In this document: positions 12,022 through 24,974 of the stretch, piece by piece | Layout: each line of letters starts with the position of its first letter | Numbering within the stretch: the stretch's first letter is position 1 | The notes under the pieces: model-generated | What the model saw: the letters and a program-made list of their open reading frames with translations, nothing else | Database searches by the model: none | Told to the model about the DNA's origin: nothing | Translations under genes and position numbers: made by a program | Assembly: GCF_004010195.1 (NCBI RefSeq) | Contig: NC_057719.1 | Location: 88,901,274 to 88,946,904 of the forward strand | Direction of reading: 5' to 3' | Source: Chiloscyllium plagiosum | Taxonomy: Eukaryota | Length of the DNA: 45,631 bases

Positions 12022-15000
12022 AATACCCAGCAGTCAGTTACAAACTGGAATCTAATTATGGAGTTTGTGCTGGTTTATGAACTAAATAACAGATGCCTGG
12101 GTAGTAAGTTACAGACTAGAATCGAATTGAGGGGTTCAGTGTGGTATCTGTGTAGAATTAGAGATATCAAACTGCAATCTAATCGAGAGGGGTCAGGGTG
12201 GGTTATGTATAGAATAACAGGTGCCAGGGAGGAAGTTACAGACTGGAATCTAACAGAGGGGTTCAGAATGTTATTATATATGGAATAACACTTCCCCAGG
12301 AGTGAATCACAGACTGAAATCTTATCAAGGATTTCGGTGTGGTTTCTATATAGAATAAGATATCTGGAAGGGAGTGGAATCTAAATGAGGAATTAGTTGG
12401 TTTAAGTGTAGAATAACAGATCCCTGGGATTGAGTTACAGAGTGGAGTCGAATATGGAGGGGTCTGGCAAATAACAGATAGCGGGAAGTGAGTTAACTTG
12501 GATTCTAATCGAGGGGTTCAAGGCAGTTTAGATATAGAATAACAGAAACCCTGGAGTCAGTTAGGTACTGGAATATAATTGAGGGGATCGGGGTGGTTTA
12601 TATATAGATTAACAGATACCAATGAGTGTGTTACAGACTGGAATCTAACCGAGGGTTTTGATGTGGTTTATATATTTCACAACAGATACTGGGGAACAGG
12701 TTACAGTCGGGAAACTAATCAGAGGGTTTCGTGGTGGTTTAAATATAGAATAACAGATCCCTGAGAGCAAGTTCCAGACCGGAATCTAACCAAGGGATTT
12801 GGTGTAGTTTATCTCTAAACCAAAACATATATGGAAGGGAGTTACAGACTGGAATCTAATTGAGGGGTTCGGGGTGGTTAAAAAAGAACAGATACCCAGG
12901 AGTGAGTTACAGACTGTAATCTAATTGAGCAATTCAATGTGGTTTATATACAGAAGAACAAATGCCTGGGAATAAGTTACAGTCTGAAATCTAATCAAAG
13001 GGTTCATAGTTTATATGTAGAATAACAGATGTCGGGGAGTGAGTTTCAATCTGGAATCTAATCAAAGGTCTCGAGGTGGTTTATGTACAGAATAACAGAT
13101 ACCTGGGAGTGAATTTCAAAATGAAATTTAATCCAGGGGTTTGGGTTTAGTGACAGATAGCGAGGAGGGAATTACAGACTGGAATCTAATTGATGGGTTA
13201 AGGGTGGTATTGATATATAGAATAACACATCCCCAGGACTGAATTACAGACTGGAATATAATTGAGGGGCTCGGGGTGGTTTAAATATACAATAAAAGAT
13301 ATCTGGGAGTGAGGTATAGACTGGGATCTAATAGAGGTGTTTGGGGTGGTTTATAGACAGAACAACAGATACCCGGGAGTGATTTACAGACTGGAATATA
13401 TTTGAGGGGTTCGGAACAGTTTAGAAAGAAAAGAACAGATACCTGGGGGTGAGTTTCAAACTGGAATCTAATCGACAGATTCAAGATGGTTTATGTATGT
13501 AGTAACAGATCTCTAATCCCTGGGAGTGAGTTACAGGCTGGAAATAAGCAAGGGGCTCAGGGTGGTTTATACAGAGAATAACAGATACCTGGGAGGGAGT
13601 TTCAGACTGGAATCCAATTGAACGGTTTGGGATAGTTTATATGTGGAAAAACAGACACCCGGGAGTGAATTACCGACTGGAATCTAATTGGGGGGTTCCG
13701 TGGGGTTTACACGCAGAATAACAGATACCCTGGAATGCGCAACAGACTGGAATCTAATCGATAGTTCAATGTGGTGTGTCTACAGAACAACACATACAGG
13801 GTAGCGATATGCAGACTGAATTCTAATCGAGGGGCTTGGGGTGGTTTATATATAGAATAAGATACTCGGGAGTGAGGTACAAACGGGAATCCAGTCGTGG
13901 TTTTCTGGGTGGTTCACGGGAGATACCTGGGAGTCAGTTCCAAAACTGGAATATAATCGAGGGATTAGGGGTTGTTTATTTTTAGAATACCAGATTCCCA
14001 GAATGGAATCCATTCGAGGATTTTGCAGTGGTTCATATGAAGAACAACACATGCCCGGAAGGGAGTTACAGACTGGCATCTAATTAAGGAGTTCGGGGTG
14101 GTTTATACTGTATATAGACGAAAACATACCTAAGAGGGATTCCATTTGGTTTGATATAGAATAACAGTTCACCTGGACTGAGTTCCAGACTGGAATCTAA
14201 TCTTGGGATTCAGGTAGGTAACATCCAGAAAAACAGATACCCGGAGTAAAGTACAGACTGCAATCTAATAGAGAGGTTCGGGGTGGTTTATATACTGAAC
14301 AACAGATTCCCGGGAATGAATTACAGACAGGGATCAAATTGGGGGATTCGGTGTTGTTTATGCTTAGAATAACAGATACCCCGGAGTGAGTAACAAACTG
14401 GAATTTAGTTAAGTGGTTCAATGTTGTTTATATACAGAACAAGAGATGTCCGTCAGAGAGCTGCAGACTGGAATCTAATCAAGGGGTTCGGGTGATTTAT
14501 GTACAGTACAACAGACACCCAGGAGTAAGTTACAGACTAGAATCTATTCAAAGGGTTTGAAATGGTTTATATGTTGAGTAACAGGTACTCGGAGTGAGTT
14601 TCAGACTGTAATCTAATTAAGCGATTCAATGTGGTTTGAATACAGAACAACAAATACCCAACAGTCAGTTACAGACCAGAATCTAATTGTGGAGTTGGTG
14701 GTGCTTTACGAACTAAACAACAGATGCCTGGTAGTAAGTTACAGACTAGAATTCAATCGAGGGTTTGGTGTGGTATCTGTGTAGAATAACAGATAGCGAG
14801 GAGTGAGTTTCAAACTGGAATCTAAGTGAGGGTTTTGAGGTGGGTTATCTCTATACAGTAATAGATGCCAGACGGAGAGTTACAGACTGGAATCTAATTG
14901 TTCAGAGTGCCAATTATATATTAAATAACAGATATCTGGGAGTCAGTTTCAAACTGAGATCTAATCAAGTGGTTTGGGGTGTTTTATGTATATAATAACA

Positions 15001-15194
15001 AATGCTGGGGAGGGAGTTACAGACAGGAATCTAATAGAGGGGTTCGGGGTGGTTTATTTCCTGAACAACAGATTCCTGGGAGTGAATTACAGACAGGAAT
15101 CAAATTGAGTGGTTTGATGTGGTTAATATATAGAATAACAGATACCTGGGAGGGAGTTACAGATTCAAATCTAATAAAGGGATTTGGTGTGATT

Positions 15195-15655
15195 TAGATT
15201 CCCTACAGTGTGAAAACAGGCCATTCGGCCCAACGAGTCCACATTGACCCTCCGAAGAGCACCCGAAGAGCAACCCACCCAGACCCATTCCCTCCTGACT
15301 GATGCGCTTAACACTATGGGCAATTTAGCATGGTAAATTCACCTAACCTGCACATTTTTGGACTGTGGGAGAAAACTGGAGCACCCGGAGGAAACCCACA
15401 CAGATATGGGGAGAATGTGCAAACTCCACACAGACAGTTGCCCGAGGTGGGAATTGAACCCAGGTCCCTGGCGCTGTGAGGCAGCAGGTCAGTTGAATTG
15501 GTGATGCTAAATTGCCCACCAGTGTTAGTGTTAGGAGGGAAATGGTTCTGGGTGAGTTACTCTCGGAGGGTTGGTGTGGACTGGTTGGGCCGAAGGGCCT
15601 GTTTCCACACTGTAAGGAACCTAATCTAATCTAACCACTGAGCCACCAAGCCACC
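15195..15655 (-). mobile_element. HE1-like SINE interrupted by an oppositely oriented 5'-truncated copy (about 15488-15630)
   Basis: Minus-strand body runs to GGCAGCAG, then a plus-strand 3' half ending AATCTAAT, then the remaining head CTAACCACTGAGCCACC. Confidence 0.85.
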
Positions 15656-16096
15656 TGAAATCTCGTAATCTAACTGAGTGATTCGATGTGGTATACACAC
15701 AGAACACCAGATAGCCAGTAATGAGTTTCAAACTGGAATTTAATTGAGGGTTCAGAGTGGTTTATATGACGAATAACAGATTCCAGGGAGTGAGTTTCAG
15801 ACTGGAATCTCTTCGAGGGATTCAGGGTGATTTATATTTCAAGTAACAGATTCCAGGGAGGGCGTTACAGTCTGGAATCTAATCAAGGAGTCCAGATGGT
15901 TTATGTATAGAGTAACAGATCCCTCACAGTGAGTTACTGACTAGAATTTAATCTGGGGTTTCTGGGAGGATAACAGATAACCAGAAGTCAGTTACAGACT
16001 GGAATCTAATCGAGGGGTTTGGATGTTTTATTTTCGAACAACAGATACCCAGGGGTGATTTACAGACAGGAACCGAAGGGTTGCATGTGGTTTTAT

Positions 16097-16210
16097 AACA
16101 TAGAACATAGAACATTACAGCGCAGTGCAGCCCTTCAGCCCTCGATGTTGCGCTGCCCTGTCATACTAATCTGAGGACCATCCCACCTACACTATTCCAT
16201 ATACATCCAT
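16097..16210 (-). mobile_element. CR1 3' end fragment
   Basis: AACATAGAACATAGAACATTACAGCGCA is the reverse complement of the CR1 tail at about 28365-28388. Confidence 0.8.
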
Positions 16211-16802
16211 ATATAGAATAACAGTTACCGGGGAGTGAGTTACAGACTGGAATCTAATCGTGAGGGATCATGATGGTTTATGAACAGAAGAACAGATACC
16301 CAGGAGTAAGTTACAGACTAGAATCTAATCGAGAAGTTCAGGGTGGTTTATACGAATGGGTGAAGAAAGCCATCTTAAGTGCTTATAAACTTGTGCCAGA
16401 ACAGACAATGTTTCAGGAATCTAAGGAGGGACCAGGTCAAACCTATATTGAGTTTGAAAGGATCAAACAAAGTAATTTGGTTGGTGGATAAAGCCATTAA
16501 AAATAGAGCAGACTACAGCGCTCTTAGAGAGACAATTATTTTGGAGGAATTCAAAAATTCACATCCTGAAGTAGTGAGAACCCATATGGAAGAGCAGAGA
16601 GTTAAAATGGCAAGGTTAGGAGGGATCTAAGATGGCGGCGATCTGAGAAGATCACACTGCAGAGTTTCGCATCGCAGCAGGAGCAGGACAGTCCTTTAAC
16701 CCACCCAACCCAGGTCGTCGGGATTTCTTGGGGCGTTGGAAAGATTGTGGAGCCCCAAGAAACATTTAAAAATTGACTTACTGTATTTTCAGCTGTCCAG
16801 AA

Positions 16803-17419
16803 ATGCCTAAAAAGGGAGGAGGAGTATCTGAGGCCGGGCCTGCAGCTCAGCCTGCAGCAGCCTCAGAGCAGATTACTCTCCAGGACCTGGTGAACCAGCT
16901 CTCGAAATCTCACGAGATGTTGGGGAAACAGATTGAAGAGAAGCTGGCTCCAGTCTCTCTCATGCTGCAGAAGCATGAGCAGCAGCTGGGAGACCTGGAG
17001 AAGAGCACAGATGAGGTGGAGCACAGGGAATTCCTTGACTTGGAGACTGGCACGAGAGGATTGAAGATAGAGAGGGCTCACCGGGTCGCAGCATGGAAGT
17101 CGGGTCTGGGTCAATGCCCTCATCCTTTCCTGTTGCGGTTCCATCATTACCGGGATAAGGAGAGAGTCATGGAGGCTTCCAGACTCCAGCGGAAGGATCC
17201 AAAGGCCTAATTTATGAGGGGTCTAAGTTCATGTTTTTTCAGGACTTTTCAGTGGTGATCAAACAAAAATCGTATGATGGTGTCAAGAGAAGATTGAAGG
17301 AGCTTGGGATTCAATACTCCCTGAGATATCCGGCAGTGCTTCGGATCACCTTAGATGGATCCTTGCATCTCTTTGACACATCAGAGAAGGCAAGAGACTT
17401 TGTGGACAAACTAACCTAA
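16803..17419 (+). pseudogene. L1 ORF1 (coiled coil, RRM, C-terminal domain), disrupted
   Basis: IERAHRV..LLRFHHYRDKERVMEA..MFFQDFS..LGIQYSLRYPAVLRI; internal deletion and frame disruption. Confidence 0.88.
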
Positions 17420-20400
17420 TTTTAAAAATTGTAGTATTTATAAATATTGTTGCTTGGGTATGCGTTTATCATTCTGTAAAAGAAATGGAGGAAATCCGGT
17501 TGGAGCTTTGTTTTTCCCCTTTTTTTTCCTCTATTGATAATAATTTGGTTCAAACTATGTCTGGCGGTGGTTAAGATGTACATTTTAAATTTCTAAGTTA
17601 GGACATACCAAAGGATGGGTGGGGTATTTATTCCCCTTTTTTTTATAAAAGAATTTTTTTTATTCATATTGATATTCTATGGAGTGTTTATTCTTTTTAG
17701 CTTGTGCTTGCAATGCATTGGCTCTAGCTGGGAGAAGTGAAGGTGGTTGAGATGGTTAGATGTCTATTTATGGGCAGTTCAGGAAAGGTAGTTGCCCCCT
17801 CTGGGCAGGGGGTGAGTTCCTCTACTCAGTCCTATTGGCGCTTTATATGTTGGTTTGTTTTCTGGTTTTTGTTGTTTTTTATTTTTTATTATTTTGTATG
17901 TTTGTTAAATGTAGTGGTTTTAGTTTATGTAGTTTTATATGTGGTGGACCATGCGACACTAAGGCTCAGCAATTTGTGGTTCAGGTTCCTCCTCTCTGGA
18001 ATTTAAATGTAATTGCAGAAGGTTATAGCTAATGATTTGATTAAATGATGTACCTGGAATATCAAGGGAAGTCATTTACCAATTAAGAGGAAGAAGTTAC
18101 TCTTGAGTCTTAGAAAGGAGAAGGTGGATATTGCTTTGTTACAGGAGACACATTTAGATGACAAGGAGCATCTGAAATTACAGCAGAATGGTTTTGACCG
18201 AGTTTATTTTTCATCATTTAATACCAGAATTAGGGGAGTGGCTATATTGGTTAGGAAAAATCTCTCATTTAAATTTTTGGAATGTGTTAAAGACACAAAC
18301 GGGAGGTTTGTAATTCTTAAAGCCTTGATATGGCATATGGGGAAGAATATGGCATTTTAAATGTTTATTGTCCCCCAGCTCATCCTGTTAAATTCTTGGT
18401 AGATGCTTTTTCTAAACTGATAAGTCTCAAGTCTCGGCACATAGGGGGAGATTTTAATTGCCTCATGGACCCCACAGTGGACAGGTTGCCTAAAGGTCCC
18501 TTGATACCCTCTGCACAAACTAAACAGTTATTGGGTTTGTGTGGGGAATTAGGATTGGTGGACATCTGGAGGTGTGTCCACCCTACAGGTAGGGATTTCA
18601 CATTTTTCTCCAATCCGCACAGATGTCACACGAGGATTGATTTTTTCTGACCCCTGCGGTAACCCTGGATCTGGTGGCATCCTGTACGATTGGTAATATT
18701 GCCATCTCTGATCATGCTCCAGTGTACCTCATGGTTAAAATTAAGGATGTTACAGTGGATTCAAGGTACTGGAGAATGGACCCCTTTATTCTGATGGACA
18801 GCAAGTTTGTGGAGTATTTCTCTAGGGAATTGCGGGCATTCCTAGACATCAGCATAGGCTCGGTTGATAGCTCATCTGTTCTCTGGGAAACTGCCAAAGC
18901 TTATGCCAGAGGGTTAGTTGTTTCATATTCCACAAGTAGGAAGCGGCAGAAGGATGAGCAGCAACGTCTCCTTGAAGCACGGTTGAAGGCAGCTGAGAAG
19001 GCTCATTTTGACAGACCCTCGTTGGTCAAACTACAGAGGATTATGGCACTGTGGTCTGCACTAAATTCCATGCTCACGCAGATGGCAAAGAAGGAGCTGG
19101 CTTTTGCAAAGCAAAGGTTATACGAGCATGGTGACAAGCCAGGCAAATACTTAGCATACCTTGCCAGAAAGAGAAGTGCCCCACAAACCATTACAGCAAT
19201 TAGGGTCTGGGAACCTAACATGTGATTCTAAAAAGATTAATGTGGCATTCCAGAGATTATGTCAGTCTGAGAATTGTGAGGAGGGGCAGGCCAAAATGGA
19301 ATCCTTTTTTAGAGATCTGAAGCTCCCAGGTGTGACTCCCGAATAACAGTCCTTTCTCAATGCCCCATTATCAGAGCAAGAAGTGCAGGAAGCTGTGAGG
19401 CAGCTTCAGAGTGAAAAGGCGCCCGGCCTTGATGGACTTCCCAGTGAATTATATAAGGAATTTATAAGTATACCATCAGGCCCGATGTTGAATACATTTA
19501 ATGATTCATAAAGTCATGTTTGTTTCCCACCATCTCTGAGAGAGGCCAATATTTCACTTATCCTTAAAAAAGGGAAGGATCCAGAAGACTGTGCTTCATA
19601 CAGGTCCATCTCACTCTTAAATGTGGACTTTAAGATCCTCGCTAAGGCTCTTGCATTAAGGCTGGAGACTGTGTTACCCTCTATTATTTAAGAGGATCAG
19701 TCGGGCTTCTATTATTAAAGAGGATCAAAGGGTCGCAGATCCTCCAATAATGTTAGGAGGCTGCTTAACGTAATTCAAGCATGCCGACAGCAGTCAATAC
19801 AGGGATTGGTGATTTCTTTAGATGCAGAGAAGGCATTTGACCGAGTTGAATGGCCGTACCTTTTCTATGCTCTAGACCTGTTTGGTCTGGGCGAAGTTTT
19901 ATAATATGGGTAAAGGTTCTCTACAGTGTACCTCTCGCTGCGGTCATTACCAACGGAGTACAATAAAGCAATTTTAATATTTCTAAGGGCAGCTGGCACC
20001 ATTACTTTTTACGTTGGTGATTGAACCGTTGACAGAGGCCATTCGTGGGGATCTCAATATATCTCGCTGTATGCAGATTATGTTCTAATTTTCTTGACAA
20101 ATCCAGCAGTTTCAGTGCCTTGCCTGTTACAATGCATTCACGCGTTTGGCGCTTTTTCAGGGTATAAGATTAATTTTGCTAAATCAGAGGCTATGCCTAT
20201 GGGTGGTCTTATGAAATAGTTGGCTCTTGAGAGTGACTATAGAGTCCCATTTAGGTGGTCACAGGGGGTTTTTGTGTATTTGGGCATATTCATTACTCCA
20301 GTTCTGGATTGGCTGTTCAAAGCCAATTTTACTCAATTATTTGAAAAAATTAAACAAGATCTCCAAAGATGGGAGGCACTTCCAGTCTCATGGTTGGGTC

Positions 20401-20780
20401 GGATAGCGCTTATTAAGATGAATATTCTCCCTCGTTTGCTGTACCCTATACGATGCTCCCCCTAATTTTCAATAAACAAACACTCAGGAGACTGAACAGT
20501 TGGTTCAGCTTTTTTATCTGGCACCATAAATGGCCCCTCATTAAATTAGCCAAACTGCAGTTGCCTCACAGATTGAGGGGAGTAGACCTTCCGGACATTA
20601 AAAATTACCAATCAAGCTCGCTTTTGACCTACCTGAGTGATTGGGTTTGTGGGGACCCTCTTTCAATATGGCTAGATATCGAAGCCTCCGAGGCAAGGTG
20701 CCCCCTTACCAGTTTGCTGTTTTTGGACAAGGTGAGGACAGTTAGGGAATATTGCCATAACCCAATAGTCATCAATACTG

Positions 20781-21044
20781 AAAATGTGTTGCTGGAAAAA
20801 CACAGCAGGTCAGGCAGCATCCAGGGAACAGGAGAATCGACGTTTCAGGCATAAGCCCTCCTTCAGGAATACTCTTTATCGACGTTTCGGGCATAAGCCC
20901 TTCTTCAGGCCATTCCTGAAGAAGGGCTTATGCCCGAAACCTCGATTCTCCTGTTCCCTGGATGCTGCCTGACCTGCTGCGCTTTTCCAGCAACACATTT
21001 TCAGCTCTGATCTCCAGCATCTGCAGACCTCACTTTCTCCTCAA
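20781..21044. mobile_element. Fold-back mini-PLE (family A) with three hammerhead cores
   Basis: 14-bp TSD AGTCATCAATACTG (20767-20780, 21045-21058); inverted arms; cores at 20839-20866(-), 20881-20908(-) and 20916-20943(+). Confidence 0.92.
20881..20908 (-). ncRNA. Minimal hammerhead ribozyme core (PLE family A)
   Basis: Reverse complement CTGAAGA-A-GGGC-TTAT-GCCC-GAAAC-GTC. Confidence 0.75.
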
Positions 21045-22996
21045 AGTCATCAATACTGTTAAAGCATGGAGGGCAATTCGGCAGAGGGAAGGTAATATTG
21101 GCAAAACATCTTTGTTTACACCTTTAGTGGGTATGCCGAGTTTTCAACCAGGTATGATAGATTCAGGATTTAAATGTTGGGCAACTAGGGGTGTATCTTG
21201 CATGGGTGATTTATTTGAGGTAGACATAATGATGTCCTTCGATCAGTTAGTACGGAAGTATGAGTTACCTCTTTCATTTTTTTTCAAGTTAGGGATTTTA
21301 TTCTAAAAAGGACCACACTTTTGACTGATCCCTACAAATCTGACATAGAAAGAGGGGTACTAATGGCTAAGAGTACACTCTCTGTCAGTACTCTATATCA
21401 CCAATTGGGAGGTGCCACCTCAGATGAGTCTGATCGACTCTGCAAGATGTGGGAAAGACAGCTGGGTGTTGAAGTTTCTTCAGAGGCATGAGAGGATATT
21501 TGGGAGAATGCAAGGAAGATATCAATTTGCAATAGGACCCATTCTTTACAGTTGAAGATTCTCCAAGGGTCCACTTAGCCCCAGACCGTTTGTCAAAATT
21601 TAAACCAGGGGTATCTTCAGCATATCCCAAATGCAAGGTCTGTATGGGTACTCTTTGGTCTTTGGTCTTGTGACAGGCTTCAAACATATTGGAGCACTGT
21701 CGTGGGTGCAATGGAGAGGATTTTAGGTGTAGGGGTGGAGAAGGACCCTATTTTGCTCCTTTTGGGCCTACCCATTGTATTTCCTGCAGACTCGCATAAG
21801 GCAAAACTTTTCAATGTTCTTACATTCTGTGCAAGGAAGAATATCTTGCTAGGTTGGATATCAGAAAACCCCCCAGGCCTGTTGGGTTGGCGGAAGATTG
21901 TTATGGAGCATATTCCCCTGGATTTTCTCACAAATATGGTACACCACAAAACTGAGAATTTTTACAAGACATAGCAATCCTTTTTGAAATACCTGGACAC
22001 AGATTTATCTGCCACACTAACAAGGGCTTTTATATAGCCGTAATGATTGTGTTTCATGAGTCCAATATCCAGGGAGGAGGAACTGTGAATGTATGAGTGT
22101 TTTGTTTGGCTGGGCTGAGTTATTACTATTTATTTGTTTGTTGTTAGGTATTTATTTAGTTAGTTAAATAGCTAGTTTAGTTTTTTTTTTAATTTTACAC
22201 TTCTCTATATATGTTTATACATTCGTATAGGAGGGTGGGTTGGGGATTTTTAAAATTATTTGCGTTTAGTTTTGTACTATTTTTGTACTGTTTTGAATTG
22301 CATTGTTTTGTATTTGTTGTAATATTTAAAAATCTATTTTTTCTTAATAAATGTATATTCTAAAAAAAATTGGCAAGGTTAGCACCTGAAATGGCTGATG
22401 ATTATGAATTCATCCAAAAAGCAATGTTTGGCTTCCAGAGTCAATTTCACTCAGTGAGGGTTATAAATTGGGGAAAAGAGAAATCCTCATGTGGAAAGGG
22501 AAAGATATCCTTATGATCTTGGTGAAGATAATAAGGATAACTTACCACAGGGTAAAAAGGAAACCCTTGAAGGAGACAGAGAAGTTAAAAAAATCTGGCG
22601 TTTTCACTGCAATAAGGTAGACCACATGAAATCACAGTGTTCATTGGTTAGGAAGCCGAATGTAGGAAAAAAGGATAAGCCAGTGAATTTTGTTGGCGTG
22701 ATAACAGAAATCACAGTGGAGGCTAGAAAGCTGTACCAGAATGTACAAGCTGGTCGGAGATTGATTAAGAAAGAAGTGCCAGATCTTCTTAAACCATTTT
22801 TACCTGCAAAGGTAAAGCCAGGAAAAGCAGGTAAAGAGGTTATAATATTAAGAGACACACAATCCTCTCAGTCTGTGATGCTGAAAGATGAGATATATAC
22901 TTCTGAAGGACTATTACCAGAAAAGTTACTAGTAACAGGAATTCACAGTGAGACAAAAAATGCTTAATTATGCAAAGTGAGGTTAGAGTGTCCCAT

Positions 22997-23099
22997 CCCG
23001 AAACGGTGATTCTCCTTCTCCTTGCCTGACCTGCTGCGCTTTTCCAGTAACACATCTTTAAGCTCTGATCTCCAGCATCTGCAGTCCTCACTTTCTCCT
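22997..23099 (+). mobile_element. PLE family A terminal fragment inside Gypsy pol
   Basis: CCCGAAAC..TGCCTGACCTGCTGCGCTTTTCCAG..CACTTTCTCC. Confidence 0.8.
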
Positions 23100-24447
23100 G
23101 ATTGCATGGGTCCCCTACTTCAAACAAAAAGTGGGAATCATGATTTGTTAACAATAATGGATGTGTCAACTAGATTTCCAGAGGCTGTTTCACTATGGAA
23201 TATCACAGCTAAAAGGATTGTAGAGGAATTACTCAAATTTTTCACTCGATATAGACAACCAATAGGAATACAATCAGAGTAAGGGTCAAATTTCACATCA
23301 AAATTATTCAAGGATTATTATTTATGAATAATTTATGAATAAATTATTATTTATGAATAAAACAATTCAAATCTACTGTGTACCATCCAGAATTGCAGGG
23401 AGTGCTAGAAAGGTGGCATCAGACATGTTGAGGTCTTATAATCAAGACTATCCAGAAGATTGCGATCAGGGAATTCCATTTGGTGCAGAGATGCACCAAA
23501 TGAATTGACCACATTCAGTTCATTTCAACTAGTTTTTGGCCATGGAGTGAGAAACTGGTAAGTTAGAAATCAGAGAACACATATTTGTATTATGTGTCAA
23601 ATTTTAAGTAACAATTAAATATAGCTGGGGAGTTAGCTAGACAGCATTTAAAAGTATCACAATGAAACAGGAACCAGACAAGAAATCAAAAATTTGCAAT
23701 TTTGCTATCGGGGATAAGGTATTCATGTTCCTTCCAGTGATAGGTGAACCTTTAAAACCAAGGTTTACTGGACCTTATCAAGTCGAAAGGAAGTTGACTG
23801 AGGTGAACTATTTGATAAGGACTGCAGACAGAAATAAATCTCACCGAGTGTCATGTGAATATGCTCAAAATGCATTTTTACAGGGAAGGAAAGCAAGAGG
23901 AGAATGTTTTAATGATTACAACACAGAGGGAAGAATCAAGTTCAGAGGATTCTGAATGGGACATTCCTCAAATTAAATTGGGCAATGAGGAAGTTGTCAA
24001 AAATTGGGATATATTATTGAGTTACCTTCCAAAGGAAAATTGAAATGACCTAAAAGAGTTATTACTATCACATGGGGACATAAGTTGAAATAAGCTGGGA
24101 AGTACTGACCTAAATATGCATGATGGCGATATAGGAGATGCTGTCCCGATTAAGCAACATCTTAGAGGCTTTAAAGTTGGTACAGATTCAAAAGGAGATT
24201 GAATGTACGCTCCAAGATGACATAATCAAAGTCAGTTACAGTGGCTGGAGCTCACCCAAAGTAAAGGTGCCAAAACTAGATGTCGCAAGTCAATGCAGTG
24301 ACAAAGTCTGATGCATATCCGATTCTGCGTTTGGAAGACTGTGTTGAGAATGTGTGACAAGCAATTTATATTTCTAAGTTGGACTTGCTCAGAGGACACC
24401 TTTGTCGAAAGAGCAAAGGGAATTTTGGCTTGTACAATGAATGGGGG

Positions 24448-24974
24448 TGTGGCCAGTTCTCCCAGCTCAGCTTTTCTCTGGTTTGTTTTTTTAAGCAGTA
24501 GTGTGATAAACAGGCTGCTGGACTGACAGAAGCACGCCCAGGCTGGTACTCTATCTCTTACTTCTATCCTGTAAGAACTTGTGCCAAGGGCTGTTTATGG
24601 GGATTGTTGCAATTACTTAGAACACTATCATTAAGTTGGGATGATCTGTTGGGTTTTCGGATAGGTGAAATTATTATGTATTCTGATCTCTGTTGTTCAT
24701 GTTTCATTTTTTCTCTCTTTTTTCTTTCCTCTTTTTTCTTTTCTCTTTCTTTCTTTTTTTACACTACTGCCTAACTGTGGTAGAGCTTATAGTTTCCTCA
24801 GCACCCATGTTGTGTGTGTTGTTCATGTTTCATTCAGTAATTTTGGAAATAAATTCCGTTTTGCTTAAAATTAAATGGTTTGACCAGCTGATTCTCTCTC
24901 TACACCTGCTTAAAACAATTAGCAAAGTTAGGGTCTGGGCTGCCTTCTTGAAATATTTTCAGTTGTCCATAACA
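24448..24974 (+). repeat. Probable 3' LTR of the Gmr1-like element
   Basis: Follows a purine-rich tract (AATGAATGGGGG), starts TGT, contains AATAAA near 24848 and ends ATAACA, where the satellite resumes. Confidence 0.65.
24709..24816 (-). mobile_element. Short non-LTR 3' end (Tx1-like family) inserted in the LTR
   Basis: 18-bp TSD TGTTGTTCATGTTTCATT (24691-24708, 24817-24834), A-rich tail on the minus strand, and CACACAAC.TGGGTGCTG.GGAAA shared with about 31543-31566. Confidence 0.75.

Larger units (their letters stand above)
4046..16352 (+). repeat. 70-bp satellite array, block 1
   Basis: Consensus by eye: GGGAGTGAGTTACAGACTGGAATCTAATCGAGGGGTTCGGGGTGGTTTATATATAGAATAACAGATACCC. Head-to-tail, diverged, and interrupted by the insertions listed separately. 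Confidence 0.97.
18024..22043 (+). pseudogene. L1 ORF2 (APE endonuclease and RT), many stops and frameshifts
   Basis: TWNIKG, DIALLQETHL, GGDFN, TRIDFF, ISDHAPV (APE); [34 protein letters not shown] (RT); GRIALIKMNILPRLLY. Confidence 0.92.
16620..22370 (+). mobile_element. Full-length, inactivated L1 LINE
   Basis: TSD TGGCAAGGTTAG (16608-16619, 22371-22382) at a TT/AAAA site; AAGATGGCG at the 5' end; ORF1, T-rich spacer, ORF2; AATAAA at 22346 and an A tail. Confidence 0.95.
16353..24974 (+). mobile_element. Decayed Gmr1-like Gypsy LTR retrotransposon (gag-PR-IN-RT order), 5' end lost, interrupted by L1
   Basis: gag VKKAILSAYKLVPE..IILEEFKNS; knuckle CNKVDHMKSQC; protease ILRDTQSSQS; integrase DCMGPL..LTIMDVSTRFPEAV..GSNFTS and PRFTGPY; then RT start (WSSP, TKSDAYPI, SKLDL); purine tract and a 3' LTR. 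Confidence 0.88.

Noticed and set aside
6158..15197. Short ORFs with recurring peptides (LQTGI, TDWNL, YRLESN)
   Set aside because: These are translations of satellite monomers, and the 70-bp unit does not preserve frame.
17737..18032. Hydrophobic membrane-protein-like ORFs (also 24665-25010)
   Set aside because: They arise from the T-rich L1 spacer and a retroposon tail.
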